A stretch of DNA of 63,853 bases, counting the filler, from Parasitella parasitica NRRL 2501 (lineage: Eukaryota > Fungi > Mucoromycota), in assembly GCA_025201805.1 (NCBI GenBank). It is 10 parts of 10 records of this genome, joined end to end, with 100 filler letters (N's around TTAATTAATTAA, not from the genome) between each part and the next. Parts side by side here need not be neighbours in the genome. Positions count along the whole stretch, not along the records: positions 1 to 24,968 come from MU619415.1; 9 more parts are not named here. One strand, given 5' to 3'. Positions 13,950-25,068 of this stretch are shown piece after piece. The stretch's first letter is position 1, and each line of letters starts with the position of its first letter. Under the pieces are notes generated by a model. The model was not told the DNA's origin. It did not search any database and saw only the letters and a list, made by a program, of their open reading frames with translations. Both the position numbers and the translations under genes were made by a program.

Positions 13950-14493
13950 TTTCTACATTTTATCAATCCACGTGTCTTCGAATCTCCTCTCTGTCCCGTC
14001 TGCATGGCTGTCTCTGACTCCACTAATCACCTTTTCTTCCATTGCCCATCCAAGGAAAAAATTTGGCAGGGTGTTATATTTGAGTTTTTGTGGCCGACCA
14101 CCTCCACTGCTGATATTCAAGAAGCTCTTCTGTCTCTGTATTTTTCCAACATCAGGTATTGCCAACTTAAAGGAATCACACCTTACAGAATTATCTTAAT
14201 TTCTCTCTCTCAAATCTGGCTTGCTCATATGAGATTTATCTTTGACAAGACCATCATTCATCCAGCAGCGATACTGACCATATCCGATCCAATGTTCGAC
14301 AGACCATTGAGGAAGATAAATGTCATTCTCTCCGGTAGACTTTTACTTTATTTTTTATCGTTTCGTGTTTTATTTTATTCGCTTTTTAATTCATATTTTC
14401 ATTATCCTTTAAATTGCACCCACCTCTTCCCTATGACTATTTACTCTTAGGATACGTGGCTCAATCAATAAACAATTTTTTTTTAAAAAAAAA
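13950..14493 (+). mobile_element. 5'-truncated L1-like LINE 3' end (zf-RVT region, 3'UTR, A-rich tail)
   Basis: LCPVCMAVSDSTNHLFFHCPSKEKIW (C-x2-C-x8-H-x4-C) and IWLAHMRFIFD, followed by a T-rich UTR, AATAAA and an A run. Confidence 0.75.
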
Positions 14494-14538
14494 GAGAGAA
14501 AATAAATGTTCCATCTGTATTTTTATTTGTCAGTATTA

Positions 14539-16152
14539 TCATAAAGAAGCTTTAAATTCGGCTTCAATATCTTCTATTGAGCGTCCTTTAGTTTCAGGGA
14601 TTTTGAAATATGTAAATAAAAGTGATGCCATAGCAATAAATGCAAAAATAAGAAATGAGTATCCTTTTATCTTGGCAAAGATGGTAGGAAAACACTGCCC
14701 AATTAAAAAATTCATGGCCCAGTTTATGGCAGCAGCAGTGGAGCCTACAGATGATGAAGCATACACAGGACTTAGCTCAGATATAAGAACCCAAGGAATA
14801 GGACCCATTCCCACTGCGAAAAGAGCAACATAACCTAAAATAGATACTACCATTAAACCGCTAGAATTGAAGACGTAGCCAACAGTCAACAATATAGAGA
14901 AAATGCAAGCACCAGCTTGAGACAATAGCAACAGAGATCGACGGCCTGTACGATCAATCAAGAATATAGAGACAACAGTTAAAAGAAAATTTACAGCACT
15001 GCACACAATAGCCATATACTTAGACATCTCGGAATCAAATATTACTGCAAACATGGAGGTAGAGTAATACATGACCGCGTTGATGCCGATTAATTGCTGT
15101 AGGCAGTGAATAAGTATAATAATAAGAGCGATTTTGCGAATTATGGGGTCACTGAAGATTTGAATTATACTCATTGGAGTCTTCGGTTCCTCTATGCTGG
15201 CATTACTGCTACCTTCAGTATATATAGGAGGAGGGGTGGGCAATGGTGGTGTTGAAAAGGGCGTTTCCATCAATTCTCGCTTGCCTCTATTAATTGCTTC
15301 AACTTCATTTTTCGTGTTTCTGCTGTCCATCTGGAAATAATCAAGTTCTGCTGGCGTCGTAGTTGTGGTATCAAAGTTCTCTATGGTTTCCAGGGCAGCA
15401 CTGGAACCCAATTGGCCTTTAACCATTGCATAAAACTCCATATCAATATTAGACTTAAACCGAAGTTTTTGTAAGCTTGCTTTTGCTTCAATAAGTTTGT
15501 TGACTGAGACAAGATAGCGAGGAGATTCGACACAAACAGGAACGAGAAGTGTTTGTAACAATGCAGGTAGCGCAACAATTGCGTAATTGATTCTCCAAAG
15601 CGGTACGGTAGATAAAGGAAGCCCAACAAGACAAGAAAGCGCAATGCCGGCACAACACATTACCTGATTGATGGTACCCATAACACCTCGGGATTTTACT
15701 GTAGAGATTTCACCAACATAAACAGAGACGGCTAGAGAACCAAGGCCACAAGATAATCCGCAAAGGATGCGACCAACTATAAACATGGCTGGAGAGATTG
15801 AGCAACCAACCAATATACCACCTGCTATATAGCCAAAGCTATTAAAAAATATTGTTTTGCGTCGGCCAAGCTTTGTTTGGATGTAGCCACCTGAAAGACC
15901 GCCAGTTAAAGCACCAATACAGAAAGATGCCACTGCAAATCCCCATAAAGCATCTCCCATGGGTAAACAATCAGGAAGAATTGGGTTTTTAATGTGAGCA
16001 ATCCCATTTTCGCATGTATGTGTTATAGAGCCAGGTAAATTACCAGAGCTAGTGACCCATCCGATACAGAAAAAATTGAGGCTTGCAACAATTCCACAGA
16101 ACACCATGTATTTTGGATATGTAAGGTCCAAAGAAGATGAATTTATTGACAT
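14539..16152 (-). CDS. Sugar porter (GLUT/hexose transporter family), intronless
   Basis: LGRRKTI, YVGEISTVKSRG, VESPRYL, QQLIGINAVMYYS, IDRTGRR, GPIPWVLISEL, PETKGRSIEDI. First ATG is at 16152 (the ORF track uses an upstream TTG). Confidence 0.93.
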   Translation of the reverse strand: MSINSSSLDLTYPKYMVFCGIVASLNFFCIGWVTSSGNLPGSITHTCENGIAHIKNPILPDCLPMGDALWGFAVASFCIGALTGGLSGGYIQTKLGRRKTIFFNSFGYIAGGILVGCSISPAMFIVGRILCGLSCGLGSLAVSVYVGEISTVKSRGVMGTINQVMCCAGIALSCLVGLPLSTVPLWRINYAIVALPALLQTLLVPVCVESPRYLVSVNKLIEAKASLQKLRFKSNIDMEFYAMVKGQLGSSAALETIENFDTTTTTPAELDYFQMDSRNTKNEVEAINRGKRELMETPFSTPPLPTPPPIYTEGSSNASIEEPKTPMSIIQIFSDPIIRKIALIIILIHCLQQLIGINAVMYYSTSMFAVIFDSEMSKYMAIVCSAVNFLLTVVSIFLIDRTGRRSLLLLSQAGACIFSILLTVGYVFNSSGLMVVSILGYVALFAVGMGPIPWVLISELSPVYASSSVGSTAAAINWAMNFLIGQCFPTIFAKIKGYSFLIFAFIAMASLLFTYFKIPETKGRSIEDIEAEFKASL

Positions 16153-18878
16153 TTTGGGTGGTAACGACAAAAGAAGAAAAAAATATAAAATAATACTTAT
16201 AGAGTACCTAATTCAGGCATTTATATCAAACTGTACTTGTAAGGTATATCCCATTTGTGTGTCCTGGTGAGCTTCGTAAAAGGGGCTTCTTACTATGTTT
16301 TGCTGAAAAAATGAAAACTGAATGTTACATTTTCAAAACAAAGAGAATGGAAACCATCAAAAGGAGAAAGAGCAAACCTTATTATTTATTCTAGATTCAA
16401 AAGTATAACGAACTGTTACACTGTTATATGTGCCTAGTGTGTTGCATTGGAAGCTACCACTCACAAGGACATACTACCCAGAAGCCAGGATCACCTTTGC
16501 AAATCAACCCAAAATCTATTTATAAGTATTCTATTTTTTATTGCGGTAAAGCACCACTTATTCTTTGTCTTTTGACAGGTAGTAAATCTATACTATTTTG
16601 TTAATCCCGTATCATCTGTCCAGGTCGTTATAATTATTTTTGCCACATATTTCTTGTTTTTTATTTCTATTTTATGCTTTCCTTTCAGTTTCATTGAGTA
16701 AATAAATCACTTAAGACTGCAAGAATCGAAAGGTAAAGATAGCAAATCAATTGAGCTTCGCAAAAAGAGAGAAAAACACTATTTGCTTAGTGACAGTATC
16801 CGAGTTGCCTAAAACATGGTTATAGCCGCATGGTATTGTTGTGTTTCTACTTCTCAATAAGGCGAATGTATCTTTTGTATGCACATGGTATTGTCTCTTT
16901 AACAACTCTCAAGGTCTTACGGTGAAATAGTGTCACAGTAACATAGGCATCACATTGGCAATTGATCATTTAACGTACATCCCTCACTTTTGGCTCGGAT
17001 AATTTGGCAAGCTTTAGGAGATTACGCACCAATAATAAAGGCTTTTCTCATGCGACTTTCTGCAACATAATGTCACTATATTATGATAGAGTATTATATG
17101 CTCTATTTTACTATTCTTGTTTTCAACATGGATAGAGTCTAGCTTGTTCTCTGATATTTCACATAATACAGTATTTCTACTTCAAATTTAAGAAGACGCG
17201 AATTTTGTTAAACCTCTTTTAGGCTTGAGTCATGTAAAATTTAAATAAATAAATCCCATCTTGGACATTTTGGAATATACTTGAGTATCAGTTGTTTTAT
17301 TTCAGTAAAACACAGCTCAAGTTCAAGTAAAATAATTTCATTATTTTGCTGTTGACTCTTCAGCAATAGCAGCTCTATCAAGTAATGGAAGCGAGTCGTT
17401 CTTGCCATTTGAGATGGAAATTCTAATTAGATTAGATTTTTCCGCTGTGAATCAAAATAGTAACGAATTTTTTCAGTTGAGTCTTATTTATCAATTCTCT
17501 CCAAGAACCTATTGTTGGCCCATTTGTACTTTTTTTTTGTTAAAATATTTGATGTATCTACAACACTTACTGTCGAATAATAATGTATGCCTCTTTGATC
17601 TTGTGTCAAATTTATTGGCGTCATTTTTTCAACAGGAGTAGGCTCAGTAATATTAGCCGCGATAGATTTGGGTTTGCATTTTCCCTTGTCCATTTTTTGT
17701 GCAGTGTATTTGTTGTAACCATAGAGTCATTATTTTAACTCAGTTGTCATGGTAACCGTTCCTGATCAGATCTAAGGTTAAATGCTACCGCTGCCGCTGC
17801 CGGTAATTCTATAATACATATTTCTTTTATTCTACTTATCCTAAATTACGAAGCTAAACTATTGATGAATGATGATTCACATTCATAATGCTTAGCTAGT
17901 CAAATATCAAAAAAAATTTACTCGAAATAAAGTGTTATATTCTTGTTGTAGTATTCGTATATTGTTAAAAGGATCTTAAGAAGAATTTGAGACTTGTTAT
18001 AATTTATTATTATATGAATACAGGATGAGAGGTTCTAATCTGGTTCTAATATGTTCAACTATTTATACTTTTTTACTTATTATATGTCATTTACAGGTTT
18101 GTTACGTATTGGTATGGTTTTAGTATTGAACCTGATGTTTGATGTTTATGACTCATTTCCTAAATGGAACTTATATGGCTCTTAATAAATGGTGGTATTT
18201 GAAAGGTGTAGCTTAAGAGATCAGATAAGATGCTGAGACCTTAATCATCATAGCACTCAGTTCTACATATTAGAATGCGATTATAAGCTGATTACTAACG
18301 TAGATACTACACTTGTTTGACAATTAAGTGCCAAACGAGATCTAATTGCAATCATAGATTTTATTCAACATAAAAACAGATAAATATAAATCAACCAAAT
18401 CTGATTAGTTTTGTTTAGGATACAGATCAAATCTTAGCGGTTATGTATTATACTCTGTGCGATAAAAAAATATAATAAAAAAAGCGGAAAGGATATACAA
18501 TTATAACTCTTCGATATTTATTCAAAGTTAAAAATGTAAGCCAAGATCCATCAAGTTGAAAGATCTTGGATGTATTTATATAAAATATAATCTGTATATT
18601 TCATGTTACTAATGCAGTAACTGGATTGTCTCCAATTTAGGCTTCATGGGAAAGCAGTAACGATTGTGGTTCATAAGAAGCACAAAGGTGTACAATTGTC
18701 TTTATATGTTGAATGTTAATGGTGATATTTGTCATGTTCAATGTTGTTCTCAAGGACACGGTTCTTAATAAAGAAATGTCTTACTAATTCAATAAGATGT
18801 GTGAAAGACTGCCAGTAGTTCACATCAATATCATCTCGAGGAATTACACCTGTAAAAACATTTTAAATTGAGTACTTT

Positions 18879-19021
18879 CTGTCGGTTTTTGCCTATTAAC
18901 TGAAGGTTGAATCTCATCTCAAATATTCCAATATTGACACTGACATTCAAATGGAATTGTATAAAGACTTTTAGAAACCAGGACCAGAGCAATCCTGGCT
19001 TTTTTTTCAATCTTTAATAAA
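18879..19021. repeat. Dispersed repeat with an inverted copy at 29141-29280
   Basis: Near-identical reverse-complement match seen by eye (GGAATTGTATAAAGACTTTTAGAAACCAGGACCAGAGCAATCCTGGC). Confidence 0.85.
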
Positions 19022-19205
19022 TGATCTGCCATAATGTAGGTTAGGAATCATGATAGTGTACTTCAATTAAAGATTGAAGATTGTCCAATGATGTGTTGTT
19101 ATAATACTTGTCGAAACAGGAGAATAAAGTCTTCGTTTCAAATCAGGAAGGTTATCTGTAACACAGATCTGTATGATTGACAAACAATAAGGTACTGTCA
19201 GATCA
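19022..19205 (-). mobile_element. Probable solo LTR (family C)
   Basis: TGATCTG...CAGATCA inverted termini, near-TSD ATAAA/AAAAA, and a related end at about 50588-50660. Confidence 0.55.
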
Positions 19206-20497
19206 AAAAAGATCAATAACCTTGTAGTATAATAATACATCGTACCCTGTTGAGTGATTTATCAGAATGAGAAATTATTCAAATAAAACGGTTGTGAATT
19301 AATCAGGTAAAGATCTCGTTTATTACATGGAAAAANNNNNNNNNNNNNNNNNNNNNNNNNNNNNNNNNNNNNNNNNNNNNNNNNNNNNNNNNNNNNNNNN
19401 NNNNNNNNNNNNNNNNNNNNNNNNNNNNNNNNNNNNNNNNNNNNNNNNNNNNNNNNNNNNNNNNNNNNNNNNNNNNNNNNNNNNNNNNNNNNNNNNNNNN
19501 NNNNNNNNNNNNNNNNNNNNNNNNNNNNNNNNNNNNNNNNNNNNNNNNNNNNNNNNNNNNNNNNNNNNNNNNNNNNNNNNNNNNNNNNNNNNNNNNNNNN
19601 NNNNNNNNNNNNNNNNNNNNNNNNNNNNNNNNNNNNNNNNNNNNNNNNNNNNNNNNNNNNNNNNNNNNNNNNNNNNNNNNNNNNNNNNNNNNNNNNNNNN
19701 NNNNNNNNNNNNNNNNNNNNNNNNNNNNNNNNNNNNNNNNNNNNNNNNNNNNNNNNNNNNNNNNNNNNNNNNNNNNNNNNNNNNNNNNNNNNNNNNNNNN
19801 NNNNNNNNNNNNNNNNNNNNNNNNNNNNNNNNNNNNNNNNNNNNNNNNNNNNNNNNNNNNNNNNNNNNNNNNNNNNNNNNNNNNNNNNNNNNNNNNNNNN
19901 NNNNNNNNNNNNNNNNNNNNNNNNNNNNNNNNNNNNNNNNNNNNNNNNNNNNNNNNNNNNNNNNNNNNNNNNNNNNNNNNNNNNNNNNNNNNNNNNNNNN
20001 NNNNNNNNNNNNNNNNNNNNNNNNNNNNNNNNNNNNNNNNNNNNNNNNNNNNNNNNNNNNNNNNNNNNNNNNNNNNNNNNNNNNNNNNNNNNNNNNNNNN
20101 NNNNNNNNNNNNNNNNNNNNNNNNNNNNNNNNNNNNNNNNATAAGTATCAGTCTATAGCGTCATCCATCCTAATGGTGCCGTCTCTAGCTTATATCTTAT
20201 ATAGTATAAATCTGTATTGCACATCTTATTATCTGTGCGCATATGTAGTTTATATCAATTTAGGGTAACTGGATGAATCTAGAAGTGGAATGCAGATCAT
20301 CATAGTGAATGTATTTCACAAGGTAAATAGGATATCGTGGATCAATAAGTCAATAGTATAATGTGGATGAGTAAGGCAAGAATGACAGTGTAAATCAGGA
20401 GGCAAGAATGCAATGTGGATCGATTAGGGAAGAACGAGGTGATATATATTTTTAGATCAAGATGTATAATTGTTTGGGCTTGAAGGCTCGACAGGTT

Positions 20498-20607
20498 CAT
20501 GACACATTTATGTCCTCACAAGCACATAAATGCACCCATGACCCTAATAGCGTTCCCATTTGAACACAACATTTATGTTCCCCGAGAACATTCAGGAGGC
20601 CATAGTG
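20498..20607. mobile_element. CACTA/EnSpm terminus
   Basis: Ends GGCCATAGTG (reverse complement CACTATGGCC). About 100 bp of subterminal sequence is shared with 52362-52461 and 50720-50843. Confidence 0.7.
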
Positions 20608-21329
20608 AGTGTCAAAGGGCGCAGCGTAATGTTATGTAAAATATGATTTGTATAAAGTAATGAGACTTTTCTGAATAAAACCAGATACAAAACTGAAGAC
20701 TTTTATTGATTGANNNNNNNNNNNNNNNNNNNNNNNNNNNNNNNNNNNNNNNNNNNNNNNNNNNNNNNNNNNNNNNNNNNNNNNNNNNNNNNNNNNNNNN
20801 NNNNNNNNNNNNNNNNNNNNNNNNNNNNNNNNNNNNNNNNNNNNNNNNNNNNNNNNNNNNNNNNNNNNNNNNNNNNNNNNNNNNNNNNNNNNNNNNNNNN
20901 NNNNNNNNNNNNNNNNNNNNNNNNNNNNNNNNNNNNNNNNNNNNNNNNNNNNNNNNNNNNNNNNNNNNNNNNNNNNNNNNNNNNNNNNNNNNNNNNNNNN
21001 NNNNNNNNNNNNNNNNNNNNNNNNNNNNNNNNNNNNNNNNNNNNNNNNNNCAACAATTAATATCATGATCCGTGCATTATGACTAAGTTAGATATGACAT
21101 ACAGTAGGTGGATTAATGGTCCGGATGTTTTGCAAAATTCGCTAAAACAAGTTGTAGATTATGATCAAGTTATCCGATCAACATGAAACCAACGTCATTG
21201 AAGAGAGCAAATAAAATTTAATAAAATAAAAAAAGTTTTATTTTAATTGGTCAACTGAGGTTGAAATAATATGGGGTTAAAATTCATGTGTGCATCCGGA
21301 CCATTTTTCAGGGTGCTTATAAAATCACT

Positions 21330-22621
21330 TTAGTAGTTAGTATGACCACCTTTAGCTTTGATTACTGCCTCAATTCTTGCAGGCATGCTATCAATATATC
21401 GTTGACAATCTTCTTTGGTAAACGTAGCCCATTGTTCTTCTACTCTCTCCCACAATTCATGTACTCCTCTAGCCTTGGTGGGATATGAGCTCAATTTTAA
21501 TTTTAGATGGTACCAGACGTGTTCAATAGGGTTTAGGTCCGGGCTCTGAGGTGGCCAGCTATAAGTCCAATCAACATTAAAGTTATTGTCGGCAAACCAC
21601 TGTTTAGTAACCTTTGCAGTGTGTTTAGGGTGTTTGTTTTGCTGAAAATAGAATTTTTCTAGGTCGTAACCATACCAATCTAAAGTATCCATCATGGCTG
21701 TTTCCAGTATATGTATATAATCTTCTTTTTTTATAGTACCATCGAAGATGTGACAAGCGTATCAAGGACCATCATATGTTATACAACCCCACATCATGAG
21801 GCTACCACCACCGTGCTTGACTGTAAGGTCGAAGTGGTGAAATTGCAGTTTGTCTGATGTATCAATTCTAAAACCGGATGTCAATATAATATAAACTTAT
21901 ACTCAAGAGTAAAACATCAGATCATAAAATAATATGACATGACATTTGGGATAGATACAATCTACCCTATCTCCCTGATCTCATCACTAAAACCTTTATC
22001 CTCACATCGCTTCCCTCAGTTCATAGAAAGTATATAAACCCTCTATTTTTGAATGTAATAAACGGATCTTTACCTGATTAATTTCTACTTGAACTTTTCT
22101 GATAAATCATTGTCATCTGGTCTTTTCCAGCAGTACTTGATACCATCAGAGCCCCAGATGTTGATTTTGGTTTCATCAGAGAAAATCATCCTTCTCCAAT
22201 CTTCTTTCGTCCAGCTGCGATGAGCTTTGGCCCATTCAAGTCTTTGTTTTCTATGGTTAGGCTTCAGCATAGGCTTCTTCTTCTTTTTGGCTGCCTGAAA
22301 TCCCAATGATTTGAGTAATTTAAGACATGCTGAATATCCAATTTTGAATCCAAGATCATTCAAGTATCTTTCTACTTCTTTTCCAGTCTTAAGTTCACCA
22401 AATACTACCTTTTTACGAATGGCATTTCGAGATGTTTCTCTCAAAACAGAACGTCGACCAGGCACAGATGACTGCAAATTGGGAAACCACTTACGTTTAT
22501 AGTCAGAAATAGTTGATTTTTTGACTCCAGGAACGCGTTTCATAATTTGTGAATAAGAATAACCGGATTGCAATAAATTCTTAATACTATTTTGAGTCTC
22601 CATAGGCAAAGAGCGTACCAT
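21330..22621 (-). pseudogene. Tc1 transposase, disrupted
   Basis: IFSDETKIN, TVKHGGGSLMMWGC and WPPQSPDLNPIEHVW. Removing the solo LTR and one TSD restores a 344-codon frame with one stop (21762-21764); the second catalytic Asp is lost (QQNKHPKH). Confidence 0.92.
21855..22109 (+). mobile_element. Solo LTR (family B, 255 bp) with 5-bp TSD TTGTC
   Basis: TGAT...ATCA termini, TTGTC at 21850-21854 and 22110-22114, TATA- and AATAAA-like motifs. A related end lies inverted at 19255-19327. Confidence 0.92.
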
Positions 22622-23656
22622 TTTATGTAATATCAATAAGATGCGAGTTTGATATAAAAAGAAAGAAAGAAAAGGCCAAAAATAAACTAAAACAGTTTTT
22701 ATATCTTCTGTACTGATGACTAATCAGTTGTGACTGTTTTGGTAAAGAAATCCATGAGATTTCATGAGCTTCCAATTACGTTTGAGTACCCTGAAAAATA
22801 GTCCGGATGCACACAAGAATTTTAGCTCCAAATTATTTCGATCTCCGTTGACCAATCAAAATAAAATCTTTATAGTATATTAAGGACTATTTTCTCTCTT
22901 GAATGACGTTAATTTCGTAATAATTGGACAATTTGTTCATGATCTACATCTTGTTTCAGCGAATTTTGCAAAACATCCGGACCATTAATCCACCTACTGT
23001 ATGTAGTCTTTATATGGATACAACAATGGACATTATTATGAAATAATAGTACTAAACAATATTGAATTTTCCTTTTTTACACATTTCAGCTACTATTGTT
23101 ATTGTTTCTTATTTGACACCAACTATCCTATATGTAAATTAATTTTTTCTATATAAAAATTAGATAGTTCTTACAGTCTTCCTATTTAAAAACAATTTAT
23201 ATCACTTGACTTACCTACCCAATCTTACAAACATTATTATTGACTAACATGTGATATTTTTCAATTCTGTGATACGCTGCGGTGCTTGTTCGTGAAATAT
23301 TTAGATAGATTTTGGGTACTTTCTAACAAATATACAAGGTGTACGAGGAATGACCTAATATGTTTGTTGTTGCAATAATGTTCTTGATAAATTATAGATT
23401 TGCGAAGAATCTCAGCGATATAGACCAAATGGATAAAGTATGCTATGAATTATTTAGACGAAAGAAAGCCCCTTTTTTATTTAAGCCATGTGTCGTTTTG
23501 ACATGTAACCGCTAGAACAATATTTATCATTTAAAACCTTGATTCTTTTTTTGTAAAGTCCGTTCAGGAACATCTTCTTATTATGGTAATTTTCGATTCA
23601 AATCCCGAAAATATGGCAGCATCACAAAATTCACTTATACCCGTAATTCTGTAATT

Positions 23657-23730
23657 GCTTCCGTGGCGCAATTGGCTAGCGCGTCTGACTGTTAATCAGG
23701 AGGTTGGTGGTTCAAGCCCACCCGGGAGCG
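23657..23730 (+). tRNA. tRNA-Asn (GTT)
   Basis: Cloverleaf: acceptor GCTTCCG/CGGGAGC, D arm GCGC/GCGC, anticodon arm TCTGA-CTGTTAA-TCAGG, T arm GGTGG-TTCAAGC-CCACC, followed by a T-run Pol III terminator. Confidence 0.97.
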
Positions 23731-23788
23731 ATTTTTCACTTTTTTTTGGGAAGAGTGAGACGTTTCAAGTACGGTTTTCAGAGTTGTG

Positions 23789-24330
23789 TGTCGTGATGAC
23801 ATTGAGTGTCAGGTACACACAGACTTTGTGTGTAACACTTTTAGTTGTTATAAATAACAATTGAATACAAAAGAATAAAGATCTATCTTTCATCTCTTAC
23901 TCATATTTTATATACACTTAATAAAGCAGCACAAAACTAACACATCTCTGCACACGACATTTGGTAGCATCTGAACCAATTGATCGTTTTTTTATTTTAT
24001 TCAAGTGATTGGTGAATGTCAAATATAACTGAAGAAGACCTCAAGAAGTTAAAAAACCAATTTGAAATTGAAGAAAGGGTCATCAAACAACTTAAATATC
24101 AAGACGATATAGACTATTATAACAGAAAATTAAGAAGGACAAAAAGTGGTCAATTTACTAAGGAAGAAAGATTGACATCAACAATAAAAAGAGAAGAAAA
24201 TTGGCACACGTTAGCAAGTGAATTGGCACGTAAATTTTTTGGACCAGGATCACTCAACAACAACAACAAAATTAACAAAGGTGAATCTTCATCTGCTGGT
24301 GAAGCAGGCAACACACCATGGCTAACTTCA
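23789..24330 (+). mobile_element. 5' end of an LTR retrotransposon: 171-bp LTR (23789-23959), PBS and start of a putative gag (ATG 24016)
   Basis: TGTCGTG...CACGACA inverted termini, TATA and AATAAA motifs, and TGGTAGCA at 23962-23969 (initiator tRNA-Met type PBS). The gag identity is inferred from position only. Confidence 0.7.
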
Positions 24331-24968
24331 GTGCTATTTTTTTTCACATTTATCATCAGTTCTAATGACTAGTGGTTAGGTGTATTACTGGATGACTGGT
24401 GATAAACCATTTTATCACTAGTGATGCTTTTATCACAAAGACTAAATTCATGACCAGTGATAAATACGATAATCGCTTGCGATTAGCAATTAGCAGCGTT
24501 GATAAATCAATCACTGGTGAAACATCAGTAATTTTGCCTATGTATCAATCACTACGGGATGATTCGTAATCAAAAAAAAATATACTGCTGATACTGTTCA
24601 ACTACTGAACCATTGTTGATAGACATTTATTGCAAAATTAGCCATAACACTGCATGTATAGGGCTAGAGTTTTTGTTTTACAATTACATTTATTTAAAAA
24701 TCAATATATATTTTCAACTAAAGATATTATTGAGATTCATAGAAACATATATGTTAGATGGAAGATGATTTATATAAACAAGAACAATTTATGAAAAAGA
24801 AAATATTAGGACAGTATAGAAAGACATAAAACAGAGAGAAGCATCATCATTTCTAACTTTGATACTGTATTCAGAAAGCAAAATTTAGTCTCGATTACAT
24901 TATTAAAAAAAAGAAAGCGGCTTACCATCATTAAAAGTATACAAATTAGCAAAATCTACAATGGAAAT

Positions 24969-25068
24969 NNNNNNNNNNNNNNNNNNNNNNNNNNNNNNNN
25001 NNNNNNNNNNNNTTAATTAATTAANNNNNNNNNNNNNNNNNNNNNNNNNNNNNNNNNNNNNNNNNNNN
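24969..25068. other. Artificial contig linker N44-TTAATTAATTAA-N44 (12-mer also at 32815, 35765, 43745, 46661, 48843, 50509, 60705, 62788)
   Basis: An identical 100-nt structure occurs nine times; the 12-mer gives stops in all six frames. Confidence 0.97.

Larger units (their letters stand above)
21102..22999 (-). mobile_element. Tc1-family DNA transposon with long (about 216 bp) imperfect TIRs and TA target duplication
   Basis: TA-CAGTAGGTGG...CCACCTACTG-TA, with the outer 42 bp perfectly inverted. The empty site is visible in the paralogous LTR at 46736-46808. Confidence 0.95.
20608..23025 (+). mobile_element. LTR family A copy interrupted by a gap and by the Tc1 element
   Basis: Matches copies at 28471-28903, 30196-30443 plus 31892-32114 (inverted) and 46717-46808. 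Family termini are TGTTGT...ACAACA. Confidence 0.75.

Noticed and set aside
25013-25024. TTAATTAATTAA as a biological repeat or regulatory site
   Set aside because: Always centred in 44+44 Ns; it is an assembly linker.
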